From Xanthobacteraceae bacterium (lineage in GTDB: Bacteria; Pseudomonadota; Alphaproteobacteria; Rhizobiales; Xanthobacteraceae): DNA of 64,000 bases. Numbering within the stretch: position 1 is the first letter of the stretch; every line of letters starts with the position of its first letter. The DNA lies in contig JAIENY010000027.1 in the NCBI GenBank assembly GCA_019750915.1, positions 584 to 64,583 on the forward strand. Reading direction: 5' to 3'. Made by a program: the position numbers and the translations under genes. The notes beneath the pieces were generated by a model. The model saw only the letters and a program-made list of their open reading frames with translations. It did no database searches and had not been told where the DNA came from. This document shows positions 52,604 through 63,465 of the stretch, in pieces.

Positions 52604-52629
52604 AACCATCGCAGGCGCCATACGGTTCC
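52604..52629 (-). promoter_or_regulatory. Probable EcfG (general stress sigma) promoter
   Basis: GGAAC-N18-GTT about 80 bp upstream of the small exported protein. Confidence 0.55.
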
Positions 52630-52697
52630 AGCGCATCCTGTCACGGCGCCATCCATCTTGCCTGCGATACTGGCGCCGGCGTTATACGATCGAACAG

Positions 52698-55600
52698 TCA
52701 GCTCGCGCGGGTATCTGAGTTCGTCCAGTTCAGTCGCAAATGCAGCGCGCAGGCACAGCCGGGCGGATGCTGGGCGGCGGGCAGCGACGCCAGATCGGCA
52801 TCGTCGTCAGCGGGCCTGTCGCGCGAAGGGATGTAATTCAGCACCGGTGCGAGCCAGCGCTCGGTCTCTTCGACCGTGAAGCCCTTGCGCTCGGCATAAT
52901 CCTCGACCTGATCGCGCTCGATCTTGCCGACGCCGAAATACTCGGCCTTCGGATGGCTGAAATACAGCCCCGACACTGACGAGCCTGGCCACATCGCGTA
53001 GCTCTCGGTGAGTGTCACGCCCGCCGTGCGCTCGGCATCGAGCAGGCGGAACAACGTTGCCTTTTCGGTGTGATCGGGCTGCGCGGGATAGCCCGGCGCG
53101 GGACGGATGCCCTGATACTTTTCGAGAATGAGATCGCTGGCGGAGGCCGTCTCGGCCGGCGCGTAACCCCAGAATTCCTTGCGGACGCGCTGGTGCATGC
53201 GCTCGGCAAAGGCTTCCGCCAGACGGTCGGCCAGCGCCTTCACCATGATCGAGGAGTAGTCGTCATTTGCCTTCTTGAAGCGGTTGGAAATCACGTCCTC
53301 GCCGATACCTGCCGTGACGACGAACGCACCGATGTAATCCGGCACGCCGGCGACTTTCGGCGCGATGAAATCCGACAGCGCGACATTGTGACGGCCTTCG
53401 CGCTTCTCAAGTTGCTGGCGCAGCGTATGCAGCGTTGCGATGGGCGTTTTGCGAGTCTCGTCGCTATACAGAACGATGTCGTCGCCCTCGGCGTTGGCGG
53501 GCCAGAAGCCGATCGTGGCACTGGCCTTGAACCAGTTCTCCTTGACGATCTGGTCGAGCATCCGCTTGGCGTCGTCGTAAAGCGCGCGCGCGGCTTCGCC
53601 GACCTTCGGATCGTCGAGGATCGCCGGGAAGCGGCCTGCCAGCTCCCAAGTCTGAAAGAACGGCGTCCAGTCGATGAATTCGGCCAATTCCGCGAGCGAA
53701 TACTCACTGAAGGTCTTGATGCCGAAGAATGACGGCTTTTTCGGAGCGTCCTTGCTCCAGTCGATGTTCAATGCGTTCTGGCGGGCGGTCGCCAGCGACA
53801 GCCGGTTCTTATTCTGCTGCGCGCGGATATGGGCTGCGGAAATCTTGGCATATTCCGCGCGGATCTCCTGAGCGTAGGCTGCCTTTTTCTCTGCAGAGAG
53901 CAGCGAGGAAGCCACGCCAACCGCGCGGCTCGCGTCATTGACATGCACCACAGGCCCGCGGTGATACGCCGGGTCGATTTTCACGGCCGTGTGCACGCGG
54001 CTCGTGGTCGCGCCGCCGATCAGAAGCGGGATGTTCAGACCTTCACGCTCCATCTCGGAGGCCAGAAACACCATTTCATCGAGCGAGGGCGTGATCAGTC
54101 CGGACAGGCCGATGATGTCGGCTTTCTCGGTTTTCGCGGTGTCGATGATCTTGGAGGCGGGCACCATGACGCCGAGGTCGACGACCTCGAAATTGTTGCA
54201 CTGAAGAACGATGCCGACAATGTTCTTGCCGATATCGTGAACGTCGCCCTTCACGGTCGCGAGCACGATCTTGCCGGCGGAGTTGCTGACGATTTCGCCG
54301 CCCGCGGCCTGATTGCGCGCCTTCTCTTCTTCCATGAACGGCATCAGATAGGCAACCGCCTGCTTCATCACGCGCGCCGACTTCACCACCTGCGGCAGGA
54401 ACATCTTGCCGTCGCCAAACAGATCGCCGACGATGTTCATGCCCGCCATCAAGGGGCCTTCTATCACGTTGAGCGGCCGCGGCACGGTCAGGCGCGCGGC
54501 TTCGGTATCTTCCTCGATATACTCGGTGATGCCGTTGACCAGCGCGTGGCTCAGCCGCTTCTCGACCGGCCATTCGCGCCACTTCAGATCTTGTTCCTTG
54601 ACCTGTTTTTCCTGGCCACGGAATTTTTCCGCAAGCTGCAGCAGCCGCTCGGACGCGCCGGGATCGCGGTTGAGAACCACATCCTCGCAAACCTGACGCA
54701 ACTCGGGGTCGATGTCATCATAGATCACCATCTGCCCGGCATTGACGATGCCCATGTCCATGCCCGCCTTGATGGCGTAATACAGGAACACCGAGTGCAT
54801 CGCCTCGCGCACCGGCTCGTTGCCCCGGAACGAGAACGACAGATTGGAAACGCCGCCCGAGATATGGGCGTGCGGCAGGTTCGCACGGATCCAGCGTGTG
54901 GCTTCGATGAAGTCGACGCCGTAGTTGTTGTGTTCTTCGAGGCCGGTGGCAATGGCGAAAATATTCGGATCGAAGATGATGTCCTGCGGCGGAAAGTCGA
55001 GCTTTTCGATCAGGAGGTCATAGGCGCGCTTGCAGATTTCGGTTTTGCGCTGATAGGTGTCGGCCTGCCCGGTTTCGTCGAACGCCATCACCACGACCGC
55101 CGCGCCGTGGCGCCGCGCGATCGTCGCTTCGCGGATGAACTTTTCCTCGCCTTCCTTCAGCGAGATCGAGTTGACGATCGATTTGCCCTGAACGCATTTT
55201 AGCCCGGCCTCGATCACATCGAATTTCGAGGAATCGATCATCACCGGCACGCGCGCGATATCGGGTTCGGAGGCGACAAGGTTGAGGAATTCGATCATCG
55301 CCTGCTTGGAGTCGAGCAGGCCCTCGTCCATGTTGACGTCGATCACCTGCGCGCCGTTCTCGACCTGATCGCGGGCCACCTGCAGGGCGGCTGTGTAATC
55401 AGCGTTCTTGATCAGCTTGCGGAAACGCGCCGAGCCGGTGACGTTGGTTCGCTCGCCGACGTTGACGAATGGAATATCGGCGGTCAGCACGAACGGCTCG
55501 AGCCCTGAGAGACGCAGGCGTGGCTCGATCGCCGGCACGAGACGCGGCTTGTGCGGCGCGACCGCGTCCGCAATCGCCTTGATGTGCGCGGGCGTGGTGC

Positions 55601-56543
55601 CGCAGCAGCCGCCGACCACGTTGACAAGGCCTGCTTGCGCGAACTCGCCGACGAGCCTCGCCATGTATTCCGGGCTTTCATCATACTGGCCGAATTCGTT
55701 GGGAAGGCCCGCATTCGGATAGGCGCAGACCAGCGCGTCCGCCACGCGACCGATGTCGACGATATGCGCGCGCAAGTCTTCTGCGCCGAGGGCACAGTTA
55801 AAGCCGATGGTAATCGGGTTGGCGTGCTGGACCGAATACCAGAATGCTTCCGGCATCTGGCCTGACAGCAGACGACCGGACTTATCGGTGATGGTGCCGG
55901 AGATCATGACCGGCACGTCGATGCCGCGTTGTTCTGAGATTTCGGCGATGGCGTACAGCGCCGCCTTGGCGTTCAGTGTGTCGAAAATGGTTTCGACCAG
56001 CAGCATGTCGGCGCCGCCGTCGAGCAGCCCATTGATCTGTTCGCTGTAAGCCACGCACAGGCCGTCGAAGGTCACGGCGCGGTAGCCGGGATTGGCGACG
56101 TCCGGCGAGATCGAGGCGGTGCGGTTGGTCGGGCCGAGCGCGCCCGCGACGAAACGCGGCTTGCCGTCCTCGGCCTCCGCGCGCTTGGCGGCGTTGCGGG
56201 CAAGGCGCGCGCCTTCGCGGTTCAACTCATATGCGAGATCCGACATGTCGTAGTCGGCCTGCGCGATCGAGGTGGAGGAGAACGTGTTGGTTTCGACGAT
56301 ATCCGCGCCGGCCTTGAGGTATTCGTAATGAATGTCCTCGATCGCCTGCGGTTGGGTCAGGATCAGAAGGTCGTTGTTGCCGCGTACGTCGCGGTGGAAA
56401 TCCTTGAACCGTTCGCCGCGAAACGCCGCCTCGTCGAACTCCAGCCGCTGAATCATCGTGCCCATCGCGCCGTCGAGCACCAGGATTCGCTCGCGGGCAA
56501 GTGCGCGGAATTTATCGGCTACCGGATTCGTATTCTTCGTCAC
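52698..56543 (-). CDS. metH: Cobalamin-dependent methionine synthase
   Basis: [41 protein letters not shown]; GTG start at 56543 (the longer ORF runs into a repeat). Confidence 0.97.
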   Translation of the reverse strand: MTKNTNPVADKFRALARERILVLDGAMGTMIQRLEFDEAAFRGERFKDFHRDVRGNNDLLILTQPQAIEDIHYEYLKAGADIVETNTFSSTSIAQADYDMSDLAYELNREGARLARNAAKRAEAEDGKPRFVAGALGPTNRTASISPDVANPGYRAVTFDGLCVAYSEQINGLLDGGADMLLVETIFDTLNAKAALYAIAEISEQRGIDVPVMISGTITDKSGRLLSGQMPEAFWYSVQHANPITIGFNCALGAEDLRAHIVDIGRVADALVCAYPNAGLPNEFGQYDESPEYMARLVGEFAQAGLVNVVGGCCGTTPAHIKAIADAVAPHKPRLVPAIEPRLRLSGLEPFVLTADIPFVNVGERTNVTGSARFRKLIKNADYTAALQVARDQVENGAQVIDVNMDEGLLDSKQAMIEFLNLVASEPDIARVPVMIDSSKFDVIEAGLKCVQGKSIVNSISLKEGEEKFIREATIARRHGAAVVVMAFDETGQADTYQRKTEICKRAYDLLIEKLDFPPQDIIFDPNIFAIATGLEEHNNYGVDFIEATRWIRANLPHAHISGGVSNLSFSFRGNEPVREAMHSVFLYYAIKAGMDMGIVNAGQMVIYDDIDPELRQVCEDVVLNRDPGASERLLQLAEKFRGQEKQVKEQDLKWREWPVEKRLSHALVNGITEYIEEDTEAARLTVPRPLNVIEGPLMAGMNIVGDLFGDGKMFLPQVVKSARVMKQAVAYLMPFMEEEKARNQAAGGEIVSNSAGKIVLATVKGDVHDIGKNIVGIVLQCNNFEVVDLGVMVPASKIIDTAKTEKADIIGLSGLITPSLDEMVFLASEMEREGLNIPLLIGGATTSRVHTAVKIDPAYHRGPVVHVNDASRAVGVASSLLSAEKKAAYAQEIRAEYAKISAAHIRAQQNKNRLSLATARQNALNIDWSKDAPKKPSFFGIKTFSEYSLAELAEFIDWTPFFQTWELAGRFPAILDDPKVGEAARALYDDAKRMLDQIVKENWFKASATIGFWPANAEGDDIVLYSDETRKTPIATLHTLRQQLEKREGRHNVALSDFIAPKVAGVPDYIGAFVVTAGIGEDVISNRFKKANDDYSSIMVKALADRLAEAFAERMHQRVRKEFWGYAPAETASASDLILEKYQGIRPAPGYPAQPDHTEKATLFRLLDAERTAGVTLTESYAMWPGSSVSGLYFSHPKAEYFGVGKIERDQVEDYAERKGFTVEETERWLAPVLNYIPSRDRPADDDADLASLPAAQHPPGCACALHLRLNWTNSDTRAS

Positions 56544-56564
56544 AACGTCACCTGATCTCTCAAC

Positions 56565-56686
56565 GTCATGCCGGGCCTTATGCCGGGCATCCACGTCTGT
56601 ACTTCCTTTTGCGGATCGAGACGTGGTTGGCCGGGCATAGCCATTCAAAGAACGGCGCTACTTCGTTCGCCTATGCCGGCCATGAC
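56565..56686. repeat. Palindromic intergenic repeat of the rhizobial REP/RPE4-like type
   Basis: GTCATGCCGGGCCTTATGCCGGGCATCCACGTC...GACGTGGTTGGCCGGGCATAG...CTATGCCGGCCATGAC nested inverted repeats. Confidence 0.8.
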
Positions 56687-56698
56687 AACAAACAAAAA

Positions 56699-57610
56699 TT
56701 ACGCCGCTCGCTGCGCTCCGTTCGGGCGAATGCCCAGAAGATGGCTGGTTGCGAAAACGAGATCGGCGCGGTTCATCGTGTAGAAATGGAAAATTTCGAC
56801 GCCCTGACTGGCGAGCTTCTGCACCTGATCGGCGGCAACGGCCGCCGCCACGAGCTTGCGGGTTTCAGGGTCTTCGTCCAGCCCTTCAAATTTCGCGGCA
56901 AGCCAGTCGGGCACCGTCGCGCCCGCCCGGGTCGCAAAATTCTTCGCAGTCTTGAAATTCTGCACGGGAAGGATCCCAGGTACGACGGGAATCTCAATTC
57001 CCGCCGCGCGGACACGGTCGAGATAGCGATAGTAAAGATCGTTGTCGAAGAAGAACTGGGTAATCGCGCGCGTTGCGCCTGCGTCAACCTTGGCCTTCAG
57101 CATGTCGATATCGGCCTCGATGGTCGGGCTCTCCGGATGTTTCTCCGGATAGGCCGATACGGTCACTTCGATGTCGGGATAGCGCGTACGGATGTTGCGG
57201 ACGAGATCGGCCGAGGACTGGTATCCCTGCGGGTGTGGGCGATAGGTGCTGCCGAGGCCCGATGTCGGATCGCCGCGGAGCGCCACGATGTGCCGCACCC
57301 CCACATCATGATAGCGGTCCACCACCTCGTCGATGTCGGCGCAGGCCGCATCGACACAGGTCAGATGTGCTGCCGGCGTCAGCTTTGTTTCGTTGAGGAT
57401 GCGGGCAATGGTGGCGTGGGTGCGTTCGCGGGTCGAGCCGCCGGCGCCATAGGTCACCGAAACGAAATTGGGATGCAGCGGCGCAAGGCGGTTAATGACA
57501 CCCCAAAGGTTCTGCTCCATCTCTTCCGTCTTCGGCGGAAAAAACTCGAACGAAATCGACGGCGGCTTCGGTTGTGAGCCGGTGTGCGCTGGTGAAATCG
57601 TCTCGCTCAT
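56699..57610 (-). CDS. metF: 5,10-methylenetetrahydrofolate reductase
   Basis: SFEFFPPK, SVTYGAGG, AHLTC, ALRGD, AYPEKHP, ITQFFFD, HFYTMN. Confidence 0.97.
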   Translation of the reverse strand: MSETISPAHTGSQPKPPSISFEFFPPKTEEMEQNLWGVINRLAPLHPNFVSVTYGAGGSTRERTHATIARILNETKLTPAAHLTCVDAACADIDEVVDRYHDVGVRHIVALRGDPTSGLGSTYRPHPQGYQSSADLVRNIRTRYPDIEVTVSAYPEKHPESPTIEADIDMLKAKVDAGATRAITQFFFDNDLYYRYLDRVRAAGIEIPVVPGILPVQNFKTAKNFATRAGATVPDWLAAKFEGLDEDPETRKLVAAAVAADQVQKLASQGVEIFHFYTMNRADLVFATSHLLGIRPNGAQRAA

Positions 57611-57924
57611 AGGGCCTCGACGGTCAAATGCGTGATGGCAGCTTATTTTGCATGGGAGGGGCCGCCGATGTCATCGGCCGCGCCCAACGTCTAAATAGGC
57701 GAAACCGATAGGCTTAGACAGCCCACTCATCTCAGATTATAATGGGAAATAGCCCACAGATTATACATCATCCTCGATGATGGCATCTGAATATACAGAG
57801 ATGGGCAATAAAAGTGCTTTAAAAATTCAAAATTTAAGGTGGGTAGTAGGTCATTCGATAAGTGTTGAGCATTTTTGCCCAATGAGCACTTGAGTGCCCG
57901 GCGCGATTTCCTAGCTGAGAAGTT

Positions 57925-58944
57925 ATGCCGCAGCTTTCTGTCCTCGACCTTTCCGTTGTCACCACTGCCACACATCCCGCGCAGGCGTTGCGCAACAGCA
58001 TCGATCTCTCCCGTGAGGCCGACCGGTTGGGCTATACGCGCTATTGGCTGGCCGAACACCATGGTCTTGCCTCGGTGGCGAGTCCGGCACCCGACATCAT
58101 GATCGGTCAGATTGCCGCCGCCACAGAGCGTATCCGGGTCGGCTCAGGCGGGGTGATGCTGCCGAACCATGCGCCGCTGGTCGTTGCTGAACGGTTCAAG
58201 ATGCTGGAAGCGCTATTTCCGGGCCGCATCGATCTTGGGCTCGGCCGCGCACCGGGCACCGATGGTGTCACCGCGCATGCCTTGCGCCGCCGGTTTGAGG
58301 CCCGCGAGGGCGACGATTTTCTGGAGCGGCTTCAGGAACTGATGCTGTGGGAAACCGCCGGATTCCCAGCGGAGCACCCCTACAGCAAGGTCATGGTGAT
58401 GCCGAACGACACGCCGTTGCCGCCGATCTGGCTGCTCGGCTCCAGCGATTACAGCGCACAGCTTTCGGCGCAGCTCGGGATGGGTTTTGCGTTTGCCCAT
58501 CATTTTGCGTCGGTGGATGCGGCGCCGGTCATGACGCATTATCGGCAGAACTTCCGGCCGTCACGCTGGCGCGACAAGCCGTATGCGATCCTGGCAATCG
58601 CGGTCATCGCGGCTGCAACAGACGAGGAAGCGGAGCGGCTGGCATCGTCCGCCGATCTTAACCGCCTGTTGCGCGATCGAGGACAATATCTCCCGCTGCC
58701 GAGCATCGAGGAGGCGATGGCTTATCCTTACTCGCAGACCGAACGCGCCAGCATCGCGCGCAATCGTTCGCGGCTGTTTGTCGGCAGCCCGGCAACGGTG
58801 ATGCAGCAGATCACGCCGCTCGTCACCGCAAGCGAGGCCGATGAAGTGATGATCATCACGGCGACCTTCGATCATGAGGCGCGCAAGGAGTCCTACCGCC
58901 TGATGGCGGATGCGTTCGGGCTCAACCGGCAGGCTGCCGCATAA
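57925..58944 (+). CDS. LLM-class flavin-dependent oxidoreductase (luciferase-like)
   Basis: RYWLAEHH, VGSGGVMLPNH, GRIDLGLGRAPG, WLLGSS. Confidence 0.93.
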   Translation: MPQLSVLDLSVVTTATHPAQALRNSIDLSREADRLGYTRYWLAEHHGLASVASPAPDIMIGQIAAATERIRVGSGGVMLPNHAPLVVAERFKMLEALFPGRIDLGLGRAPGTDGVTAHALRRRFEAREGDDFLERLQELMLWETAGFPAEHPYSKVMVMPNDTPLPPIWLLGSSDYSAQLSAQLGMGFAFAHHFASVDAAPVMTHYRQNFRPSRWRDKPYAILAIAVIAAATDEEAERLASSADLNRLLRDRGQYLPLPSIEEAMAYPYSQTERASIARNRSRLFVGSPATVMQQITPLVTASEADEVMIITATFDHEARKESYRLMADAFGLNRQAAA

Positions 58945-59808
58945 TCACCCGCCATTTTTTTCGGCGAATGCGATCCGGAACGGATGGGCGGGGTAGACCC
59001 CGACAATCCGCAGTTCCTTGGAAAAGAACTTCAGTTCGTCCAGCGCGTAGACCAGGTTCTTGTCATCCGGGTGGCCATCGACGTCTGCGTAGAACTGGGT
59101 GGCGAAGAAGTTGCCTTCCACCATATAGCTTTCGAGTTTTGTCATGTTGACGCCGTTGGTGGCAAAGCCGCCCAACGCCTTGTAGAGCGCCGCGGGCAGG
59201 TTGCGCACACGGAAGACAAACGTCGTCACCAAGAGGCCCGAGCCCCGCGGCGCCCATTTCGGCTCACGCGCCAGAACCACAAAGCGTGTGGTGTTGTGGT
59301 GCTCATCCTCGACATTTTCGGCCAGGATATCGAGGCCGTAGATATCTGCGGCGAGCTTTGGCGCCAGCGCTGCGCGGGATTTGTCGCCGCCGCCCGCGAT
59401 GTGCTGCGCCGCGCCAGCTGTATCGATGGCCACGATCGGCTTGATTTTCAGTTCGCGGATGATGCGCCGGCACTGGCCGAGTGCATGAATATGACTCTCC
59501 ACCGTTTTGATGTCCGAGAGTTTTGTGCCCTTGATCGCCATCAGTTGATGATGAATTGGCAAAAACCATTCGCCCACGATGAACAGTCCGGACTGCGGCA
59601 GCAGATGGTGGATGTCTGCGACGCGGCCCGCCACGGAATTCTCGATCGGGATCATGCCGAGATCGGCCTCGCCCGAGGAAATCGCGGTCAGTGCGTCCTC
59701 GAAAGTCGCGCAAGGCAGTGGCGTCGCGTCCGGGTACGCTTCGGTGATCGCGATATGCGAGTTGGCCCCCAGTTCGCCCTGGAAGGCGATCTTCATCGGC
59801 TTGGTCAT
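58945..59808 (-). CDS. pheA: Prephenate dehydratase
   Basis: [32 protein letters not shown] domain NMTKLES. Confidence 0.95.
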   Translation of the reverse strand: MTKPMKIAFQGELGANSHIAITEAYPDATPLPCATFEDALTAISSGEADLGMIPIENSVAGRVADIHHLLPQSGLFIVGEWFLPIHHQLMAIKGTKLSDIKTVESHIHALGQCRRIIRELKIKPIVAIDTAGAAQHIAGGGDKSRAALAPKLAADIYGLDILAENVEDEHHNTTRFVVLAREPKWAPRGSGLLVTTFVFRVRNLPAALYKALGGFATNGVNMTKLESYMVEGNFFATQFYADVDGHPDDKNLVYALDELKFFSKELRIVGVYPAHPFRIAFAEKNGG

Positions 59809-60551
59809 AATGGTCTTCCCGCCAGCATCTGGCGTGCGGTCTCGAGATCGTGGGGGGTATCGACGCCAAGCGGCACCGTGTCAACTATCGTGACGTCGAT
59901 CCGCATGCCGGCCTCCAGCGCGCGCAACTGCTCGAGCTTTTCGCGGGTTTCCAGGGCGGATGGCGGCAGCGTAATGAACCGCGCCAGCGCCGCACGGCGG
60001 TAGGCATAAAGCCCGATGTGATGATAGCGCGGGCCCTCCCCATACGGAGCGGTCGCGCGGGTAAAGTACAATGCGCGCAACCGTGACGAGGACAGCGGCG
60101 AGCCGACAACCTTCACCACGTTGGGGTTGGAATGCTCTTCATCCCGGGTGATGACGGCCGCAAGGGTGGCGATGTCGACCTCAGGGTCGGACAGGGGGGC
60201 GAGCACCGAGCGGATATCTTTGCCAGCAATGGTTGGCAGGTCGCCCTGTACGTTGATCACGGTTTCGATCCGGCCAGCTGGATCGAGGGTCTGCAGCGCC
60301 TCGAAAATCCGGTCGGAGCCTGAGGGGTGGCCCACCCGCGTCATCACGGCTTCGCCGCCATGGGAGGTGACTGCGGCCATGATCGCCGGGGCATCGGTAG
60401 CCACGACGACACGGCCGATCCGCGCTTCCATTGCGCGGTGCAGCACATGGACGATCATCGGCAGGCCGCCGATGTCGAGCAGTGGTTTTTCCGGCAGGCG
60501 TGTTGCGGCCAACCGTGCAGGAATCAAAATCAGGGTGTCGTTGTCGGCCAT
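59805..60551 (-). CDS. kdsB: 3-deoxy-manno-octulosonate cytidylyltransferase
   Basis: [42 protein letters not shown]. Confidence 0.95.
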   Translation of the reverse strand: MADNDTLILIPARLAATRLPEKPLLDIGGLPMIVHVLHRAMEARIGRVVVATDAPAIMAAVTSHGGEAVMTRVGHPSGSDRIFEALQTLDPAGRIETVINVQGDLPTIAGKDIRSVLAPLSDPEVDIATLAAVITRDEEHSNPNVVKVVGSPLSSSRLRALYFTRATAPYGEGPRYHHIGLYAYRRAALARFITLPPSALETREKLEQLRALEAGMRIDVTIVDTVPLGVDTPHDLETARQMLAGRPL

Positions 60552-60767
60552 GCGTTGCGCAGATGTTTCATGAATCGAAAAAGCTCAAGAAAGGCGGGGG
60601 TATCGCCATGCCCGCGGCTCTTATACGGGTTGCCAGAACGCGGGCAAACCGTTATTCCCTCGACGCTGCCTTGCGGTGGCGCGCATAAGACCCTGCACCG
60701 GTTTTTGCTGCGTTTTCATGCCGAAAGCCAACGGATCGGTGCAATTTTCGGCCGGAGCGTGATCGAG

Positions 60768-61322
60768 ATGGATTCCTTTGAACTCAACAAGGTCATGGGT
60801 GCAATTCTCGGCACTTGCCTTGTCCTGCTGGTCGGTAATTTCGCCGCCAACGCACTGTTCGCATCAAAGAAGCCGGAAAAGCCGGGCTTTGAGATTGCGG
60901 TCAAGGAAGATGCCAGCGGAGGAGCGGCGGCTCCCGCCGCTGCCGCGCCCGAGGTGCCGATCGAGAAGCTGCTGGCGAGCGCGTCCGTTGAGAAGGGCAT
61001 GGCCGCCGCGAAGAAGTGCGGTGCGTGTCACAGCTTCGAAAAGGGCGGTCCTAATAAAGTCGGCCCAAATCTTTATGACATCGTCGAGGAGCCACGGGGC
61101 GAGGGACGCAATGGCTTCAACTTCTCGGCGGCTATGAAGACCAAGGGCGGCAAATGGTCGTTCGAGGATCTGAATAAGTTCATCACCAATCCGAAAGGAT
61201 TCATTCCGGGCACCGCTATGGGCTTTGCCGGCATCAGCAAGGATACCGAGCGCGCTGATGTGATCGCGTATCTGCGCACGTTGTCGGATAATCCCGTTCC
61301 GATGCCGACCGCCAGCAAATAG
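60768..61322 (+). CDS. cycM: Membrane-anchored cytochrome c
   Basis: MDSFELNK anchor, CGACH heme motif, GPNL, PGTAMGF. Confidence 0.9.
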   Translation: MDSFELNKVMGAILGTCLVLLVGNFAANALFASKKPEKPGFEIAVKEDASGGAAAPAAAAPEVPIEKLLASASVEKGMAAAKKCGACHSFEKGGPNKVGPNLYDIVEEPRGEGRNGFNFSAAMKTKGGKWSFEDLNKFITNPKGFIPGTAMGFAGISKDTERADVIAYLRTLSDNPVPMPTASK

Positions 61323-61560
61323 CAGACGTGCCTCGGCCAGAATTGGTCCGGCGGATTTGAATTGAAGCGGCCAAGTTGACCTGGAAGGGTTAACTGGCCG
61401 TTTACTTATGCTGCACCCGTTGTTTCGAAAATTTAATGTGCGCGTCGCGTGGACCATTCGTCACAAACAATGGCATGCGGCAGGCTGGTATCGCATCCAA
61501 AAACCGACATAATAGCTTCAGACCCTGAACCGGCCGCGCCTCGGCGCGTTTCGTCACTCC

Positions 61561-63465
61561 ATGAACCGACAGGATTTTGACGTTTTGCCGATTTCCCGAC
61601 GCCAACTTCTTCAAAGCGGTGCCTTCGCCGTCACTGCCCCACTCATCAAATCCCCGCTTGCCCCGGCCCACGCCGAGGCCGTGCCCGCGCAAACCTGGTT
61701 GCACGGCCTGTCGCTGTTCGGCGATGTGAAATATCCGGCGGGCTTTGCGCGCTTCGATTACGTCAACCCGGATGCGCCAAAAGGCGGCGTGGTGCGGCAG
61801 GCCGCGATCGGCACCTTCGACAACTTCAACTATGTCGTTACCGGCGTGAAGGGCTCGTTCGGCGCCATCACCCAGATTTTCGAATCTCTGACGACGTCCT
61901 CGCTCGATGAAGTCTCGACCCAGTACGGGCTGCTGGCCGAATCCGTCAGCTATCCCGAGGATTACTCATCGGTCACCTATCGCCTCCGTGCGCAGGCGAA
62001 ATGGCACGACGGCAAGCCGGTGACCCCCGATGACGTCATTTTTTCCTTCAATGCCTTCAAGACTTACCATCCGTTCTATTCGGCCTATTACCGGCACGTG
62101 ACGACAGTCGAGAAGGCTGGAGATCGCGATATCAAGTTCACCTTCGATGCTCCCGGTAATCGCGAGCTGCCGCAGATCGTGGGACAGTTGATGGTGCTAC
62201 CGAAGCATTATTGGGAGGGCACCGGAGCTTCGGGCCAGAAGCGCGACATCAGCGCCACTACGCTTGAGCCGCCGCTCGGCAGCGGGCCATACAGGATCAA
62301 GACTTTTTCGGCTGGGCGTTCGATCGTGTTGGAGCGTGTTCCAGATTACTGGGGCCGCGCTCTCAACGTGAACATCGGGCGGCACAATTTCGATGAACTG
62401 CGAATTGAGTATTTCCGCGATTCAACCGTGGTGCTTGAAGCTTTCAAGGGCGACCAGATCGATTGGCGGAACGAGAACAGCGCCAAGAACTGGGCGACCG
62501 CCTATGATTTCCCCGCCGTCTCCGATGGGCGCGTGATCAAGGAGGAATTTCCCAATCGCTCCTCAGGCATCATGCAGGCATTTGCGATCAACATCCGCCG
62601 CGACAAGTTCAAAGATGCGCGGGTGCGCCGCGCACTGAACTACGCATTCGACTTCGAGGAAACCAACAAGCAGCTGTTTTTCGGCCAGTATGAGCGGATC
62701 AACAGCTATTTCTACGGCACTGAACTTGCGTCGACCGGCCTGCCGCAGGGCCGTGAGCTTGAGATTCTGGAGACTGTCCGCGGTCAGGTCCCCGATGACG
62801 TGTTCACCACCGAATACACCAATCCTGTGGGCGGCAATCCCGAGAATGTCCGCAGCAATCTGCGCGAGGCGTCGCGGTTGTTGAAGGAGGCGGGCTATGA
62901 GGTGCGTGACCGCAAGCTGGTCAATGCCAAGTCCGGTGCGCCGCTGGACATTGAACTTCTGGTATTCGATCCGAATTTCGAACGGGTGATGCTGTTCTTC
63001 AAGCCGTCGCTTGAACGGCTCGGCATCAACGTCAGCGTGCGCACCGTCGATCCGATTCAATATGAGAACCGGTTGCGAAGTTCGGATTTCGACATCGTGG
63101 TCAACTCGTGGGGCGAGTCGCTCTCACCCGGTAATGAGCAACGCGAAAACTGGGGATCGCAGGCCGCGAACACTCCAGGCTCTTCGAACATCGTGGGCAT
63201 CGCCGATCCTGCGATCGACAAGTTGATTGACCGGGTGATCTTCGCCAAAGACCGGGCGGATCTCGTCGCTGCGACCAAGGCACTGGACCGCGTCTTGCTG
63301 TGGCATAATTTCGTGGTACCGCAATGGACATATCCGAAAGTGCGCACCGCTCGCTGGGATCGGTTCGCTCACCCGGCGCAATTGCCGAAATACGGCACGT
63401 CCGCGTTTCCCGACATCTGGTGGTTTGATCAGGCCCGTGCCGACAAGATCGGAAAGCGCTCGTGA
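61561..63465 (+). CDS. ABC transporter family-5 solute-binding protein (YejA-like)
   Basis: Tat signal SRRQLL; KYPAGF.RFDYVNPDAPKGG, SPGNEQ, ALDRVLL. Confidence 0.92.
   Translation: MNRQDFDVLPISRRQLLQSGAFAVTAPLIKSPLAPAHAEAVPAQTWLHGLSLFGDVKYPAGFARFDYVNPDAPKGGVVRQAAIGTFDNFNYVVTGVKGSFGAITQIFESLTTSSLDEVSTQYGLLAESVSYPEDYSSVTYRLRAQAKWHDGKPVTPDDVIFSFNAFKTYHPFYSAYYRHVTTVEKAGDRDIKFTFDAPGNRELPQIVGQLMVLPKHYWEGTGASGQKRDISATTLEPPLGSGPYRIKTFSAGRSIVLERVPDYWGRALNVNIGRHNFDELRIEYFRDSTVVLEAFKGDQIDWRNENSAKNWATAYDFPAVSDGRVIKEEFPNRSSGIMQAFAINIRRDKFKDARVRRALNYAFDFEETNKQLFFGQYERINSYFYGTELASTGLPQGRELEILETVRGQVPDDVFTTEYTNPVGGNPENVRSNLREASRLLKEAGYEVRDRKLVNAKSGAPLDIELLVFDPNFERVMLFFKPSLERLGINVSVRTVDPIQYENRLRSSDFDIVVNSWGESLSPGNEQRENWGSQAANTPGSSNIVGIADPAIDKLIDRVIFAKDRADLVAATKALDRVLLWHNFVVPQWTYPKVRTARWDRFAHPAQLPKYGTSAFPDIWWFDQARADKIGKRS

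Noticed and set aside
57611-57725. SAM riboswitch upstream of metF
   Set aside because: Short hairpins are present but I could not match the SAM-II or SAM-SAH consensus by eye; an Infernal search would settle it.
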